Part shown: positions 63,399-64,000 of the stretch, piece after piece
Numbering within the stretch: position 1 is the stretch's first letter
How the letters are laid out: each line of letters begins with the position of its first letter
Assembly: GCA_051313645.2 (NCBI GenBank)
Contig: JBNRSN020000012.1
Span: forward strand, 68,696,001-68,760,000
Reading direction: 5' to 3'
Length of the DNA: 64,000 nt
Source of the DNA: Centroscyllium fabricii
Lineage: Eukaryota
Program-made: the position numbers and the translations under genes
The notes under the pieces: model-generated
The model's database searches: none
The model's input: the letters and a program-made list of their open reading frames with translations, nothing else
What the model was told of the DNA's origin: nothing

Positions 63399-63611
63399 TG
63401 ACGTATCGTCAATAGTCTTAATAAAACTAAAGACGCGTAGTTACCTTAACTAGAGGCTTTTATTAGCTTACAAAGGAGCTACGCTCCGATCGAACATCAG
63501 GTACAGAATGAATGGGGGCAGGTCAGTCCCCGCCTATAAGGCACTCACCTGAGGGGAGGAGTTAGAGGTGTGGCTGACCTGACCCCGCGAAAGTGTCGCA
63601 ATACAAGGTAG
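63399..63611 (-). mobile_element. LTR-like fragment interrupted by the Gypsy element
   Basis: Abrupt TG start that cuts the transposase frame; minus-strand AATAAA (~63459-63464); layout similar to the solo LTR at 61147. Confidence 0.55.
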
Positions 63612-64000
63612 TGTAGCGCCGGCAAGGCCTAGGAACCACACGTGAGCCAGAGCTAGAGAAAACACAAATTTAATACACTAGAGCTAAACAAGAAAGAGAG
63701 TGAACCACTCGCAACAAGCATATTTAAACAGTCCCGCGGTTGATGACGTCATCGCGTCGGTCGACGTGGTGACGTCGTCGCGTCACCCGGATGAGCGGGG
63801 CTCTGCTCCGCGGAGTTCCCGTGGCGGATTCGGTGTCCCAGTGGGCGTGCCGCCACACCGCTCCCCCCAGAATCCGTCCGTGAGGAATAGTAAAAGAGTC
63901 TATGTGAGCCGTTGGGGTGGCCGGATAATGCGGCCGGACCGTGTTACATGTTGCTTCTGGTTCTGCGGTGGAGTGTGGGCGGGTTTTGTTGCGGGAGGGC
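63612..64000 (-). mobile_element. Gypsy element 3' LTR (63612-63857), PPT and adjacent internal sequence
   Basis: Reverse-complement homologue of ~1225-1616, including CTCCCCCCAG (PPT). Confidence 0.9.

Noticed and set aside
24-63453. Numerous short ORFs (60-200 aa) in the ORF track
   Set aside because: They are antisense or off-frame readings of LINE, SINE and MITE sequence, or random intronic frames; several recur only because the repeats recur.

Overview
This is eukaryotic DNA, most likely from a cartilaginous fish (shark/ray), judged from the HE1-like V-SINE, CR1, Penelope and Harbinger repeat content. One intact host gene spans the window on the + strand: COP9 signalosome subunit 7B (COPS7B). 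It has six coding exons (12909-52458, 264 aa, all GT-AG, reading frame continuous), a probable non-coding first exon, and a CpG-rich promoter built from a 104-bp GC-box/CCAAT/CRE-like module repeated three times. The rest is dense, often nested transposable elements: Gypsy 3' ends at both window edges, solo LTRs, CR1/L2/Rex-Babar LINE fragments, SINEs (including an LF-SINE-like relic), pogo-like and Harbinger MITEs, and a Harbinger element with a spliced Myb/SANT gene. The most notable structures are (i) a head-to-head inverted Penelope pair with ~1.8-kb arms, one 12-bp TSD and minimal hammerhead ribozyme motifs, in intron 2; (ii) a ~7-kb A-free C-rich 17-bp minisatellite in intron 3; and (iii) MITEs carrying arrays of NRF1-like and RFX-like motifs. 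I see no evidence of a new protein-coding system. All family assignments come from motif recognition by eye, not database searches.
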